The notes under the pieces are model-generated. The model was not told where the DNA came from and did no database searches. It saw nothing but the letters and a program-made list of their open reading frames with translations. The translations under genes were made by a program, and so were the position numbers. A stretch of DNA of 39,544 bases from Anaerolineales bacterium (lineage in GTDB: Bacteria > Chloroflexota > Anaerolineae > Anaerolineales > JABWBV01): assembly GCA_041632295.1 (NCBI GenBank), contig JBFKII010000002.1, forward strand, positions 1-39,544, read 5' to 3'. Every line of letters begins with the position of its first letter. The stretch's first letter is position 1. This document shows, one piece after another, positions 1-12,464 of this stretch.

Positions 1-54
1 GACAGGCTCAACCAGCGTTTTCCGCCAGGTTTCGCGACTTTGAGAAAGCCATGG
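1..54. repeat. Right end of a MITE-like palindromic element, truncated by the window start
   Basis: 1-54 is identical to 29939-29992, including the terminal GACTTTGAGAAAGCC. Confidence 0.9.
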
Positions 55-89
55 TCTGGACCCTGACAACCATGTACACATGGCAAAGC

Positions 90-124
90 TTTGATTATAA
101 TCATATCAAATTTGTAACTGTTAC
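90..124 (+). promoter_or_regulatory. -10 box with candidate Fur-family (Per/Fur/Zur-like) operators
   Basis: TATAAT 96-101 lies inside palindrome TGATTATAATCA (92-103); TTATAATCATATCAA resembles the Per box; second palindrome GTAAC-T-GTTAC at 114-124; directly upstream of a Fur-family gene. Confidence 0.55.
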
Positions 125-133
125 GGAAAATCG

Positions 134-565
134 ATGGTGAATGCGACATACGACCAGGTCCTCCAGGCTGGCGGGTACCGTCTCACTCCACAGCGGTTGG
201 CCATCTGCAGCTACCTGGAAAGCGCCGAAGGCCATCCAACCGCCAAATCCATTTTCGTCCGGCTCAAGCCGCAATACCAGTCATTAAGCCTGACGACGGT
301 CTACAACACGCTTCAGATCCTGGCCGCGGCCGGAGCGATCCACGCACTCGGCAGCCGCGGGGATGAGCCTGTGCACTTCGAGCTCTCCAGGCGCCCCCAT
401 ATCAATTTGAAATGCGTGCGCTGCGGCGATATCGTCGATTTCTACAGCCCTACGGTCTCCGCCCTGGAGAAAGAGGTCCACCAGCATACCGGTTTCACCC
501 TGTACGAGGCCGGGATCCTCCATTACGGTGTCTGCCCCAAATGCCGGGGCACCCAAAAAGAATAA
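134..565 (+). CDS. Fur-family transcriptional regulator, PerR-like
   Basis: RLTPQR, HPTA and TVYNTL motifs; CxxC...CxxC structural zinc site; 143 aa. Confidence 0.9.
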   Translation: MVNATYDQVLQAGGYRLTPQRLAICSYLESAEGHPTAKSIFVRLKPQYQSLSLTTVYNTLQILAAAGAIHALGSRGDEPVHFELSRRPHINLKCVRCGDIVDFYSPTVSALEKEVHQHTGFTLYEAGILHYGVCPKCRGTQKE

Positions 566-2839
<2,274 letters not shown>

Positions 2840-2841
2840 AT

Positions 2842-5058
2842 TCATCCGCCCGGGTGCCAGTCGGGGTCAAAGTCGAAGGCGGGGTCGGTGGTCAGGCGGG
2901 TGACGGCCAGGGTGTCCAGCTCCATCAAGTAAATATCGTGATTTTCCCCGTCCGGCCAGCTCTCGAAAAGCAGCCATTTGCCGTCCGGGGAAATCGCTGG
3001 TGACCGTGAGGGGGAATTGCGCGGCGTCAGGCGGAATTCGGACATCCCATCCGCCTCCAGCGGCGCCCGGATGATGTTCGGCACCCCATTCGGCTGCTCC
3101 CGTTGTGCAAAAATCAGGAAAGTCCCGTCCGGGGACCAGACCGGTGAGATATTTTTCAAGTCGCTGCTGCGGGAGAAGCGCACCTGGTTTTCCCCGTTGG
3201 GATCCATCACCCAGACCTGGAAAGGCCCTTTGCGGCTGGAGATAAACGCGATTCTGGAACCATCCGCCAGCCAGGTAGGCTGCATGTTCTTGAGGCCTTC
3301 GTCGGCCAGCAGGGTGACGGAGCTGTCGACAAAATCGAGCAGGAAGATCTGGGCCAGTTGGTTGCGCAGAGAGGTGAATACAATCTGGGAGCCCTCCGGA
3401 GACCACTCCGGGTCGTAATCACCGTTCGGGAACGACGTCACAGGCGTGAGTCCGGTGCCATCGGCGTTGATGATGAAAATCCCTGCCCCGGGATATTCCT
3501 CCTGCTCCCCTGAACAAGGGGAGATCAGCAGCAGGCGAGTCCCATCCGGCGACCAGTCCGGTTGGCAGGCCCCTTCCTCCAGAAAAGTCAGCTGGCGCAT
3601 TTCGGACCCGTCGGTCCGCAGGGTGTAAATCTGGGGAATTCCGCTCCGATCGGAAACGAATGCCAGCAGCGGCCCGCCGCCGGTGGGCGTATTCGTCTGG
3701 GTGGGGGTATCCGTGATCGTCGGCGTCAGGCTGGGCGTGGGGGTCTCTGTCGGAGACAGGGGGACCGGGGAGGGAGTTTGGGTTGCCTCCGCAGTCGGGC
3801 TCGGGGTCGGGGTGGCTGGTGGTTCGGTTGCGGCAGCCAGTGCGGTGGCGGTGACGATCGATACGTGGGTCCCGGTCGCATCCGCCTGGGAGGTGGCAGT
3901 CTGGATCGGCACCATCAGGAAGGAAAGCGCCTCTCCGGTTTGGGAGGGAAAGAAGTAAAACGCCGAGGCGGTCCCACCGCCAAGCAGCAGGACGATCAGA
4001 GCCAGCCATGTCCAGCAGCCCAGCCGCCTTCTGCGCCGGTTCCGGGCAGAATTCGGACGGCTGTCGTATACCTCATCGACGATCTCGCTCAGCGGGAGCG
4101 TGGACATGGAGGCTTTCGACTTGCCATTGGCGCTGCCGTAATCAGCCGCCTTGGAAAGGGCTTCGGCCACTTCGACCTCCACCATTTCATCGGGATGGGC
4201 ATCCGGCGGGGGCGCTACAACCAGGTCTTCCAGGTTGTAGCGCCGGCGGGTGATCCCGCGGGAGTTGATCAGCGCTTTTTTGAACTCCTCCGCGGTCTGG
4301 TAGCGGTCATCCGGCTGGACGGCCAGGGATTTCTCGATCACCCCGGCGAGTTTTCGCGAGACCTTTGGGTTGTATTTGCGAACAGGGGTCAACACGGTCT
4401 GGTTCATCGCCCGTGCCAGGCCGTCTTCCGGAAGCTCAGCCGTCAGGCTGGAAAAAAGGGTCGCTCCCAGGGAATAGATATCCGAGCGGACGTCGGTGCG
4501 GGCGGTTCCATACTGTTCGGGAGGCGAATAGCCGGGTGTCATGGCCCGGGCGCCGGTCACCGTCATCTGGTCGCCGCTGAGAATCTTGGCCAACCCGAAG
4601 TCCACCAGGTACACCTGGCCGTTGGGGGAGATTTTCACGTTGCCGGGCTTCACATCCCGGTGGAGTACACCCGGCTCGCGGGAATGTAAGTATGTCAGTG
4701 CGTCGCAGATTGCGATGCCGATCTTGATGACGTCATCCTCTTCGATCACCCCCACCCGCTCCATCCGATCGCGCAGGTCCTCGCCTTCGATGTAGTCCAT
4801 CACCAGGTACTGGCCTTCGCCTTCATCGAAATGGTCGGTGACGCGGGTCAGATTCGGATGCCGCAGGCTGGCCAGGATCGTGGCCTCAATGCGAAATTGG
4901 CGGGAATATTCCTCTGTCGTGAACAGGTTTTCTTTAACCGCGACGGTGACCCCCAGGTTTTCATCGTGGGCTTTGTACACCGCGCCCATACCCCCTTCCC
5001 CTAGGATCTCTAATATCCGGTAGCGATTATGGAGGATCGTGTCTCTTTCGAGGGTCAT
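2842..5058 (-). CDS. Membrane Hanks-type Ser/Thr kinase with Pro/Thr linker and TolB/PD40 beta-propeller
   Basis: GEGGMG, VAVK, HRDVKPGN, DFG, YSPPEQ; one TM helix; PT repeats; repeated PxWSPDG motifs. Confidence 0.92.
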   Translation of the reverse strand: MTLERDTILHNRYRILEILGEGGMGAVYKAHDENLGVTVAVKENLFTTEEYSRQFRIEATILASLRHPNLTRVTDHFDEGEGQYLVMDYIEGEDLRDRMERVGVIEEDDVIKIGIAICDALTYLHSREPGVLHRDVKPGNVKISPNGQVYLVDFGLAKILSGDQMTVTGARAMTPGYSPPEQYGTARTDVRSDIYSLGATLFSSLTAELPEDGLARAMNQTVLTPVRKYNPKVSRKLAGVIEKSLAVQPDDRYQTAEEFKKALINSRGITRRRYNLEDLVVAPPPDAHPDEMVEVEVAEALSKAADYGSANGKSKASMSTLPLSEIVDEVYDSRPNSARNRRRRRLGCWTWLALIVLLLGGGTASAFYFFPSQTGEALSFLMVPIQTATSQADATGTHVSIVTATALAAATEPPATPTPSPTAEATQTPSPVPLSPTETPTPSLTPTITDTPTQTNTPTGGGPLLAFVSDRSGIPQIYTLRTDGSEMRQLTFLEEGACQPDWSPDGTRLLLISPCSGEQEEYPGAGIFIINADGTGLTPVTSFPNGDYDPEWSPEGSQIVFTSLRNQLAQIFLLDFVDSSVTLLADEGLKNMQPTWLADGSRIAFISSRKGPFQVWVMDPNGENQVRFSRSSDLKNISPVWSPDGTFLIFAQREQPNGVPNIIRAPLEADGMSEFRLTPRNSPSRSPAISPDGKWLLFESWPDGENHDIYLMELDTLAVTRLTTDPAFDFDPDWHPGG

Positions 5059-5104
5059 ACCCTGTGCACCAGCCGGTCGGATGAAAATTCAGCACCAGAG
5101 GGGG

Positions 5105-5113
5105 AGTATATCA
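5105..5113 (-). promoter_or_regulatory. Extended -10 promoter of the kinase gene
   Basis: TGATATACT on the minus strand about 46 nt upstream of the ATG, within the inverted repeat GGAGT-ATATC-ACTCC. Confidence 0.5.
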
Positions 5114-5222
5114 CTCCTGGTGTTAACCCGCATGTACGCAGCATGGCGGAAAGTTGGGTGCGCCGTACAGATGGCAGCAGGCGGTGAACCGGCCGGCAGG
5201 GGAACAAATTTTGCCCGGCGCC

Positions 5223-7637
5223 TCAGATCCGGGTCACTGTGCCGCAGAATTCGCAGGTGATTTCCGTCTGCCCCCGCAGGACGGGCATGGTGATTTGTGC
5301 CCCGCAGTTCGGACACTGTGTCGGTGCGTTGCGGACCCGCTCGATCTCCGCCGGGTCGATCTCCACCGCCCGATCGGACTGGTATTCCCCACCGCGGGCG
5401 CGCCCGATCATCTGCAGCCAGTCCTCCCCGACAGGCGCGGAAAGGGCAAATCGACCTGAAGGCAGGGGGGCCTGTCCGGTAAAAGAAAACACCAACTCCT
5501 CTTCGCCTTCATCTGCGCCTTCACCGGGTTGCTCCACGCTGACCCGGTCAATGGCCGCCAGCGGCACATCCACTTTCAATTCATAATCCCCAACCCGATC
5601 CTCCCACAACAGGCGTTGGTCGGTCAGGAACAGCACGCCGTTTTCCGGCTCCATCCCTGGGAAAGCGAACTCCGCCTCCGTGGCAGCCACGCCGCTCTCG
5701 GTGGCCAGCAGCCGGAAAGAAGCGGTCGAGAGGGCATCCAGCATCCAATCGACCCAATCCAGGTGGGCGTCCATCCCTTCCACTTCAGCGGCGTAATCGT
5801 CGAACTGGCCGAACACGGTCTCCTGGGCAGCGGCAGCCTGTGCTTCCGCAGAGGCGATCGCCGATTTCAACTGCATGAAAACCGGGCGGGCAGCCCCCAG
5901 GTTGGCGCTCAAACCCGCCAGCTGGGCCATCAGGCCCTGGATCTTCTGGGACTGCTCTGCCAGGATTCCGGCCTGCAGTCCGATGGTTTTTTCCGCATTG
6001 CCTTTGACCCGGTCCCATTGGGCCTGCAGGATGGCGATATCCCCTTCCAGCCCGCGTTCGATGACATAGCCGCGGGCCCGAACATCGGCCAGGCTGCGGC
6101 CAAGGCTCTGGACCTGGTTTTCCAGCTCCTCAAGCTCTTCTCGGGCTTCCGCCAGCATCAGCTCATCCTGAAGCTGGTTGATTTCGGATTGGACAGAAAC
6201 GATGTCAGCCTGGGTGACTTCTCCGCTCAGATCACGGAACGAAAGCCCGACCTCCGAGGCGCGCTCTTCGGCGATTTTGCCGCTGCGCACTTTCTCGATC
6301 CACACCGCCCACGCCTCCGAATCCTGGCCGTCCAGGTGCAGGGATAGCGTGCCGTCCTTTCCGGCAGCGACCTCCAAAAAATCCTGGTGACCGAACAGGC
6401 CTTTTGTCTGGGCTTTGACCATTCCCAGGCCGGAGACCGGGGCTGAAAAGACCACCTCCTGCACCAGTTCTTCCTCGGTGGTGATAAACAGCACTTTTTT
6501 GGTGGCGACCTTTTCCTTGCGCTCGAAGAGCAGGCGCTGGTCGGACAGGAACAGGACTCCCTCGGGATCGTCCTTGCCTTCTTTATCCAGGCGGGCCCGC
6601 ACTGCCATGACCAGGTTTTCACCCTCCCCCATCTGGAAGCGGGCTTCATCCAGTTGGGAAAGCGCCCAGTGAATCCCGGTCAGTCGGGCGTTGAGCGCCA
6701 TCACATTGCGTTCCACGGTCCCGTACTTCGACCGTATGTTTCCGCGCACCTGGTTGACCTCCCGGAGCAGCCCATTGACGGTCGTTTCCGCCCGGCGCAG
6801 GTACGGGGAGGCCGCGGCAGGGCTGCCCAGATGAGCGTTCAGCTGGGGCAGCTGCGACTCGAGCGGGGACAACCGGTTTTGAAACGAGTGGCGCTGGGAC
6901 TCGATCTCTGTGACCACCGGCTGGTGCACACTTTGCCAGACCTCCATCGTTTCGTAAGCCAACTGATCCAGGTCGCTCTGGTACAGGTACCCGCGTTTGC
7001 GGGCGCTCTCTAACAGATCGAGGGCGTGCTGCAGGGCCTGATCCAGCTGGTCCAGGTCGGCGCGCACATCCTCGAATGTGCTCAGGCTCTGCAGGCTGGA
7101 AAGGGCGTACTGCAGTGCATACAACTCCGAGGAAAGTTCAGGGTGTGCCCTGGCCGGGTTGATATTGAAGCCGCCCGCCTCCAGCCCGGCGCCAACGGCT
7201 GCCGCGGGCCGCGACGCTTTCGCACGCACGCGCGGGCCGGGCTGCGGCCGTGGTTGTGCTGCCGGCCGCGGCCGGGCAGCGGGCCGGGGCTGGGAACGCG
7301 GTCGAACCGGCCGCCCAATCTGGGCCACCGGAGCCCGGCTGGGACGGGCCAGGCGTCGCGGCCGGTTAGCAGCCACTGTGGCAATATTTACCGGGGCGCG
7401 CCGTTGAGGCATGATCTTGCGCGGCGCTGCAGCCGGGCGGACCTGCGGGCGCACCCGCTGCGTCTGGCGCCTCTGCCGGTGGATGGCCTCCTGGCGGACG
7501 GCCCGGCGCTGGTTGCGGTTCAAGTTGGCCGCTTTTGACAGCCCGACCCGGCGCGTGTTTCCAGCCGGCCGGTTGGTGCGCATCCTGGATTTCATGCCAC
7601 CAGAACGGGCAGCAGGGCGCTTCATCTTGCTGGGCAT
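5223..7637 (-). CDS. Hypothetical protein: Arg/Pro-rich N-terminus, two helical-bundle + PH/GRAM-like repeats, C-terminal zinc ribbon
   Basis: 804-aa ORF with AGGAGA RBS; duplicated GVLFL(S/T)DQRLL motif; CPNC...CEFC. Confidence 0.85.
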   Translation of the reverse strand: MPSKMKRPAARSGGMKSRMRTNRPAGNTRRVGLSKAANLNRNQRRAVRQEAIHRQRRQTQRVRPQVRPAAAPRKIMPQRRAPVNIATVAANRPRRLARPSRAPVAQIGRPVRPRSQPRPAARPRPAAQPRPQPGPRVRAKASRPAAAVGAGLEAGGFNINPARAHPELSSELYALQYALSSLQSLSTFEDVRADLDQLDQALQHALDLLESARKRGYLYQSDLDQLAYETMEVWQSVHQPVVTEIESQRHSFQNRLSPLESQLPQLNAHLGSPAAASPYLRRAETTVNGLLREVNQVRGNIRSKYGTVERNVMALNARLTGIHWALSQLDEARFQMGEGENLVMAVRARLDKEGKDDPEGVLFLSDQRLLFERKEKVATKKVLFITTEEELVQEVVFSAPVSGLGMVKAQTKGLFGHQDFLEVAAGKDGTLSLHLDGQDSEAWAVWIEKVRSGKIAEERASEVGLSFRDLSGEVTQADIVSVQSEINQLQDELMLAEAREELEELENQVQSLGRSLADVRARGYVIERGLEGDIAILQAQWDRVKGNAEKTIGLQAGILAEQSQKIQGLMAQLAGLSANLGAARPVFMQLKSAIASAEAQAAAAQETVFGQFDDYAAEVEGMDAHLDWVDWMLDALSTASFRLLATESGVAATEAEFAFPGMEPENGVLFLTDQRLLWEDRVGDYELKVDVPLAAIDRVSVEQPGEGADEGEEELVFSFTGQAPLPSGRFALSAPVGEDWLQMIGRARGGEYQSDRAVEIDPAEIERVRNAPTQCPNCGAQITMPVLRGQTEITCEFCGTVTRI

Positions 7638-7730
7638 GGGTAGTCTCCTGTTTTCAGGCCGAGGAATTGGCGCGTTCGAGTCTGGATGCCGTTCGCTTGC
7701 AGGTGGAGGACCGGATGTTTGCCCCCGACC

Positions 7731-9668
<1,938 letters not shown>

Positions 9669-9810
9669 TCAGCCTGCCTGGGGCGCGTTTTTCAATTCCA
9701 AAACCCTTCCCGCATATGCGATTGAACTGCCTGATGGGGAAAAAAACCACCCGAAATCGGTTCCTACGCTTCACTGAGGTGTCTTTTGTGTGCAAATAAT
9801 TGCACCCTTA

Positions 9811-9819
9811 ATTTTACCA
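9811..9819 (-). promoter_or_regulatory. Extended -10 candidate promoter for gyrB
   Basis: TGGTAAAAT on the minus strand in the AT-rich divergent intergenic region. Confidence 0.45.
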
Positions 9820-9903
9820 TATGGGCACTTTTTCCGCCCTGAAAAGCGTCGTGTTTTTGCCTTCCTGGGGGTTCAGGAACTGCATAAAATTTAAACGCGG
9901 ATT

Positions 9904-9932
9904 TTGGCAAAATATTTATTAACTGGTACAAT
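9904..9932 (+). promoter_or_regulatory. Sigma70-type promoter of the liv operon
   Basis: TTGGCA-17 nt-TACAAT with extended TG. Confidence 0.6.
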
Positions 9933-10061
9933 CTCGAGAAAATTTGATTCTGATCGTTTACCCTGCTGATTGGAAAGGAGGTGTATCGCAAAAGAATCCC
10001 CCCTACGACCCTTTCTTGCTCAGTTTTACATATACCTAATCAAGCTTGAGGAGAATGAAGT

Positions 10062-11291
10062 ATGAATAAGCGAATTTTCGCAATCTTGCTTGTCCTGATC
10101 GCCGGCGCGATGGTACTGAGCGCCTGTGCCGGGGCAGCCACGCTCGAGTGCACGGATGCGATCGGCTGTGTCGAGATCGCGCCCGATGAACCCATCCACC
10201 TGGCCGCCATGCTGACCACAACCGGAGCAACCGCCTTTCTCGGTGAGGACTCCCTGGGCGGTGTCGAGATCGCCATCGACGACCGGGGCGGCGAGCTGCT
10301 TGGGCATCCGATCGAACTGACCGTGGAATACTCCGGCTGCTCCGCCGAGGGCGGCCAGACGGCTGCCACCAAAGTTGCTGCCGATCCCACCATCGTGGGC
10401 GTGGTCGGCACCAACTGCTCCAGCGCGGCCACCGCTGCCATCGGCACGATCAGCGGCGCGGGCCTGGTGATGATCTCCCCCTCCAACACCGCCCCGGCCC
10501 TGACCGATCGGGACGGCACCTGGCAGCCCGGCTACTACCGCACCGCGCACAACGACCTCTTCCAGGGCCGCGTGGCTGCTGAGTTCGCCTACAACGAACT
10601 GGGCGGCCGGACCGCTGCCACGATTCACGACGGCAGCCCCTACGCCGACCAGCTGCAGCAGGTCTTTGCGACAACGTTTGTTGAGCTCGGTGGCACCATC
10701 ACCTTCCAGGGTGCGGTCAACGTCGGGGACACCGACATGCGCACCATCTTGACCAGCGTCGCCGCGGACAGCCCGGATGTGCTCTACTTCCCGATCTTCG
10801 AGCCGGAAGGCCCCTTCATTGTGGCCCAGTCCTCCGAGATCGCTGGCCTTGAGAACACCACACTGATGGGTGCCGACGGTCTGCTGGTCTCCAGCTTCCC
10901 CGGCAATGCCGGCGCCAACGCAGACGGCATGTACCTCTCTGGTCCGTTCCTGCAGGGTGCATCGTACGACGAGTTCCTGGCGAAATGGGATGCCAAATAC
11001 GGCGGCGCGCCGCCCAGCGGCTTCCACGCTTTCGCTTATGACGGCGCCAACATCATGATGGACGCCATCGAAGCGGTGGCTCAGGTCGGCAGCGATGGCA
11101 CGGTTCTGATCGGCCGCCAGGCGCTGCGCGAAGCCATGACAGCCACAGCCGGCTTCAACGGCCTCTCCGGCAACCTGACCTGTAGTGAGACCGGCGACTG
11201 CGCCACCGGTGAAGCGCTGGGGATCTTCCAGATCACCAACGACGAAATCGAGGGCGGCAACTGGCCCCCGAACGTCGTCTGGACCCCCTAG
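10062..11291 (+). CDS. livK: Branched-chain amino acid ABC transporter substrate-binding lipoprotein
   Basis: Lipobox LSAC; GTNCSS, SPSNT, YRTAHND, AYDG motifs; first gene of the liv cluster. Confidence 0.88.
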   Translation: MNKRIFAILLVLIAGAMVLSACAGAATLECTDAIGCVEIAPDEPIHLAAMLTTTGATAFLGEDSLGGVEIAIDDRGGELLGHPIELTVEYSGCSAEGGQTAATKVAADPTIVGVVGTNCSSAATAAIGTISGAGLVMISPSNTAPALTDRDGTWQPGYYRTAHNDLFQGRVAAEFAYNELGGRTAATIHDGSPYADQLQQVFATTFVELGGTITFQGAVNVGDTDMRTILTSVAADSPDVLYFPIFEPEGPFIVAQSSEIAGLENTTLMGADGLLVSSFPGNAGANADGMYLSGPFLQGASYDEFLAKWDAKYGGAPPSGFHAFAYDGANIMMDAIEAVAQVGSDGTVLIGRQALREAMTATAGFNGLSGNLTCSETGDCATGEALGIFQITNDEIEGGNWPPNVVWTP

Positions 11292-11321
11292 TGCAACTTT
11301 TCGGACGTCATAAGTGTTAAT

Positions 11322-11361
11322 AACATCGTGAGCCGGGGACAACACCCCGGCTCACGATGTT
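11322..11361 (+). terminator. Perfect 17-bp hairpin after the binding-protein gene (partial terminator or mRNA stabiliser)
   Basis: AACATCGTGAGCCGGGG-ACAACA-CCCCGGCTCACGATGTT followed by CTTT. Confidence 0.75.
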
Positions 11362-11394
11362 CTTTAATTCCCAACCGACGCGGCGAGGTTCAAC

Positions 11395-12459
11395 ATGCTC
11401 AAGAGTTATCTGGAACGGTTTTCCTGGGTTGGGTTTTTCCTCAACCTGTTTCGCATCGTCATCATCGTCTTCGCCATTCTGGGGATCATCGGTACCCTGC
11501 GCAATGCGACTTATTCCAGCGATCAGTGGGCCACCCTGGTTTTCGCCGGTCTGGCGCAGGGTAGCATCTATGCCCTGATCGCCTTGGGCTACACGCTGGT
11601 GTACGGCATCCTGCTGATGATCAACTTCGCCCACGGAGAAGTCTATATGGCCGGCGCATTTACGGCAATGTTTCTGGCGAACGCCTTCGCCGCTACCGGG
11701 TTTCTCCAGGAAAATCTCGTCCTCGCCATCCTGCTCCTGGTCCTGCTGGCGGCCACGATCTCCACGGTCATCGCCGTGCTGCTCGAGCGGATCGCCTACC
11801 GGCCGCTGCGCAATGCACCCCGCCTGGTGCCCCTGATCACCGCCATCGGGGCTTCATTTGCCCTGCAGTACACCTTTCGGGGCCTGTACGGAGCGGAGTT
11901 CCACTCCTACCCCAGCATTCGCCCGCTGACGCAGGGCATGTCCGTTTTGGGTTTCAACGTACCGCGGGTGCAGATCATCGTGCTCGTGGCAGCGGTCGTC
12001 CTGATGGCTGCGCTGTACCTGTTTGTGGAGTACACCAAAATGGGCAAAGCCATGCGGGCGGTCTCCGAGGACAAGGCGGTCGCCCGGCTGATGGGCATCG
12101 ATATCGATCGGGTGATAGTTTTCACGTTCGCAATCGGTGGCGCCCTGGCAGGCGCTGCCGGCGTGCTCAACGGGCTGTTCCGCCCGCAGGGCGTGTTCTT
12201 CTTCATGGGATTTTTTCCGGGCCTGAAAGCCTTCACAGCCGCGGTGTTGGGCGGGATCGGGAACATCCCCGGCGCGATGTTCGGCGGCCTTTTCCTGGGG
12301 GTGTTCGAATCGCTGGGGCCCAACCTGATTCTCGAGGGGCTCGGAATTCCGGCCGCCAACCAGCTGCGTGATGCCTTTGCTTTCACCATGCTGGTCTTGA
12401 TCCTGATCTTCAGACCCCAGGGTATTTTCGGGGAACGGCTGGCCGAGAAGAAAGCCTGA
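11395..12459 (+). CDS. livH: Branched-chain amino acid ABC permease
   Basis: YALIALGYTLVYG, INFAHGE, KAFTAAVLGGIG, RPQGIFG. Confidence 0.93.
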   Translation: MLKSYLERFSWVGFFLNLFRIVIIVFAILGIIGTLRNATYSSDQWATLVFAGLAQGSIYALIALGYTLVYGILLMINFAHGEVYMAGAFTAMFLANAFAATGFLQENLVLAILLLVLLAATISTVIAVLLERIAYRPLRNAPRLVPLITAIGASFALQYTFRGLYGAEFHSYPSIRPLTQGMSVLGFNVPRVQIIVLVAAVVLMAALYLFVEYTKMGKAMRAVSEDKAVARLMGIDIDRVIVFTFAIGGALAGAAGVLNGLFRPQGVFFFMGFFPGLKAFTAAVLGGIGNIPGAMFGGLFLGVFESLGPNLILEGLGIPAANQLRDAFAFTMLVLILIFRPQGIFGERLAEKKA

Positions 12460-12464
12460 GGTGA

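Noticed and set aside
3680-3860. Repetitive GGGGT/GGCGT-rich DNA
   Set aside because: Encodes the Pro/Thr linker of the kinase; not a DNA repeat or CRISPR
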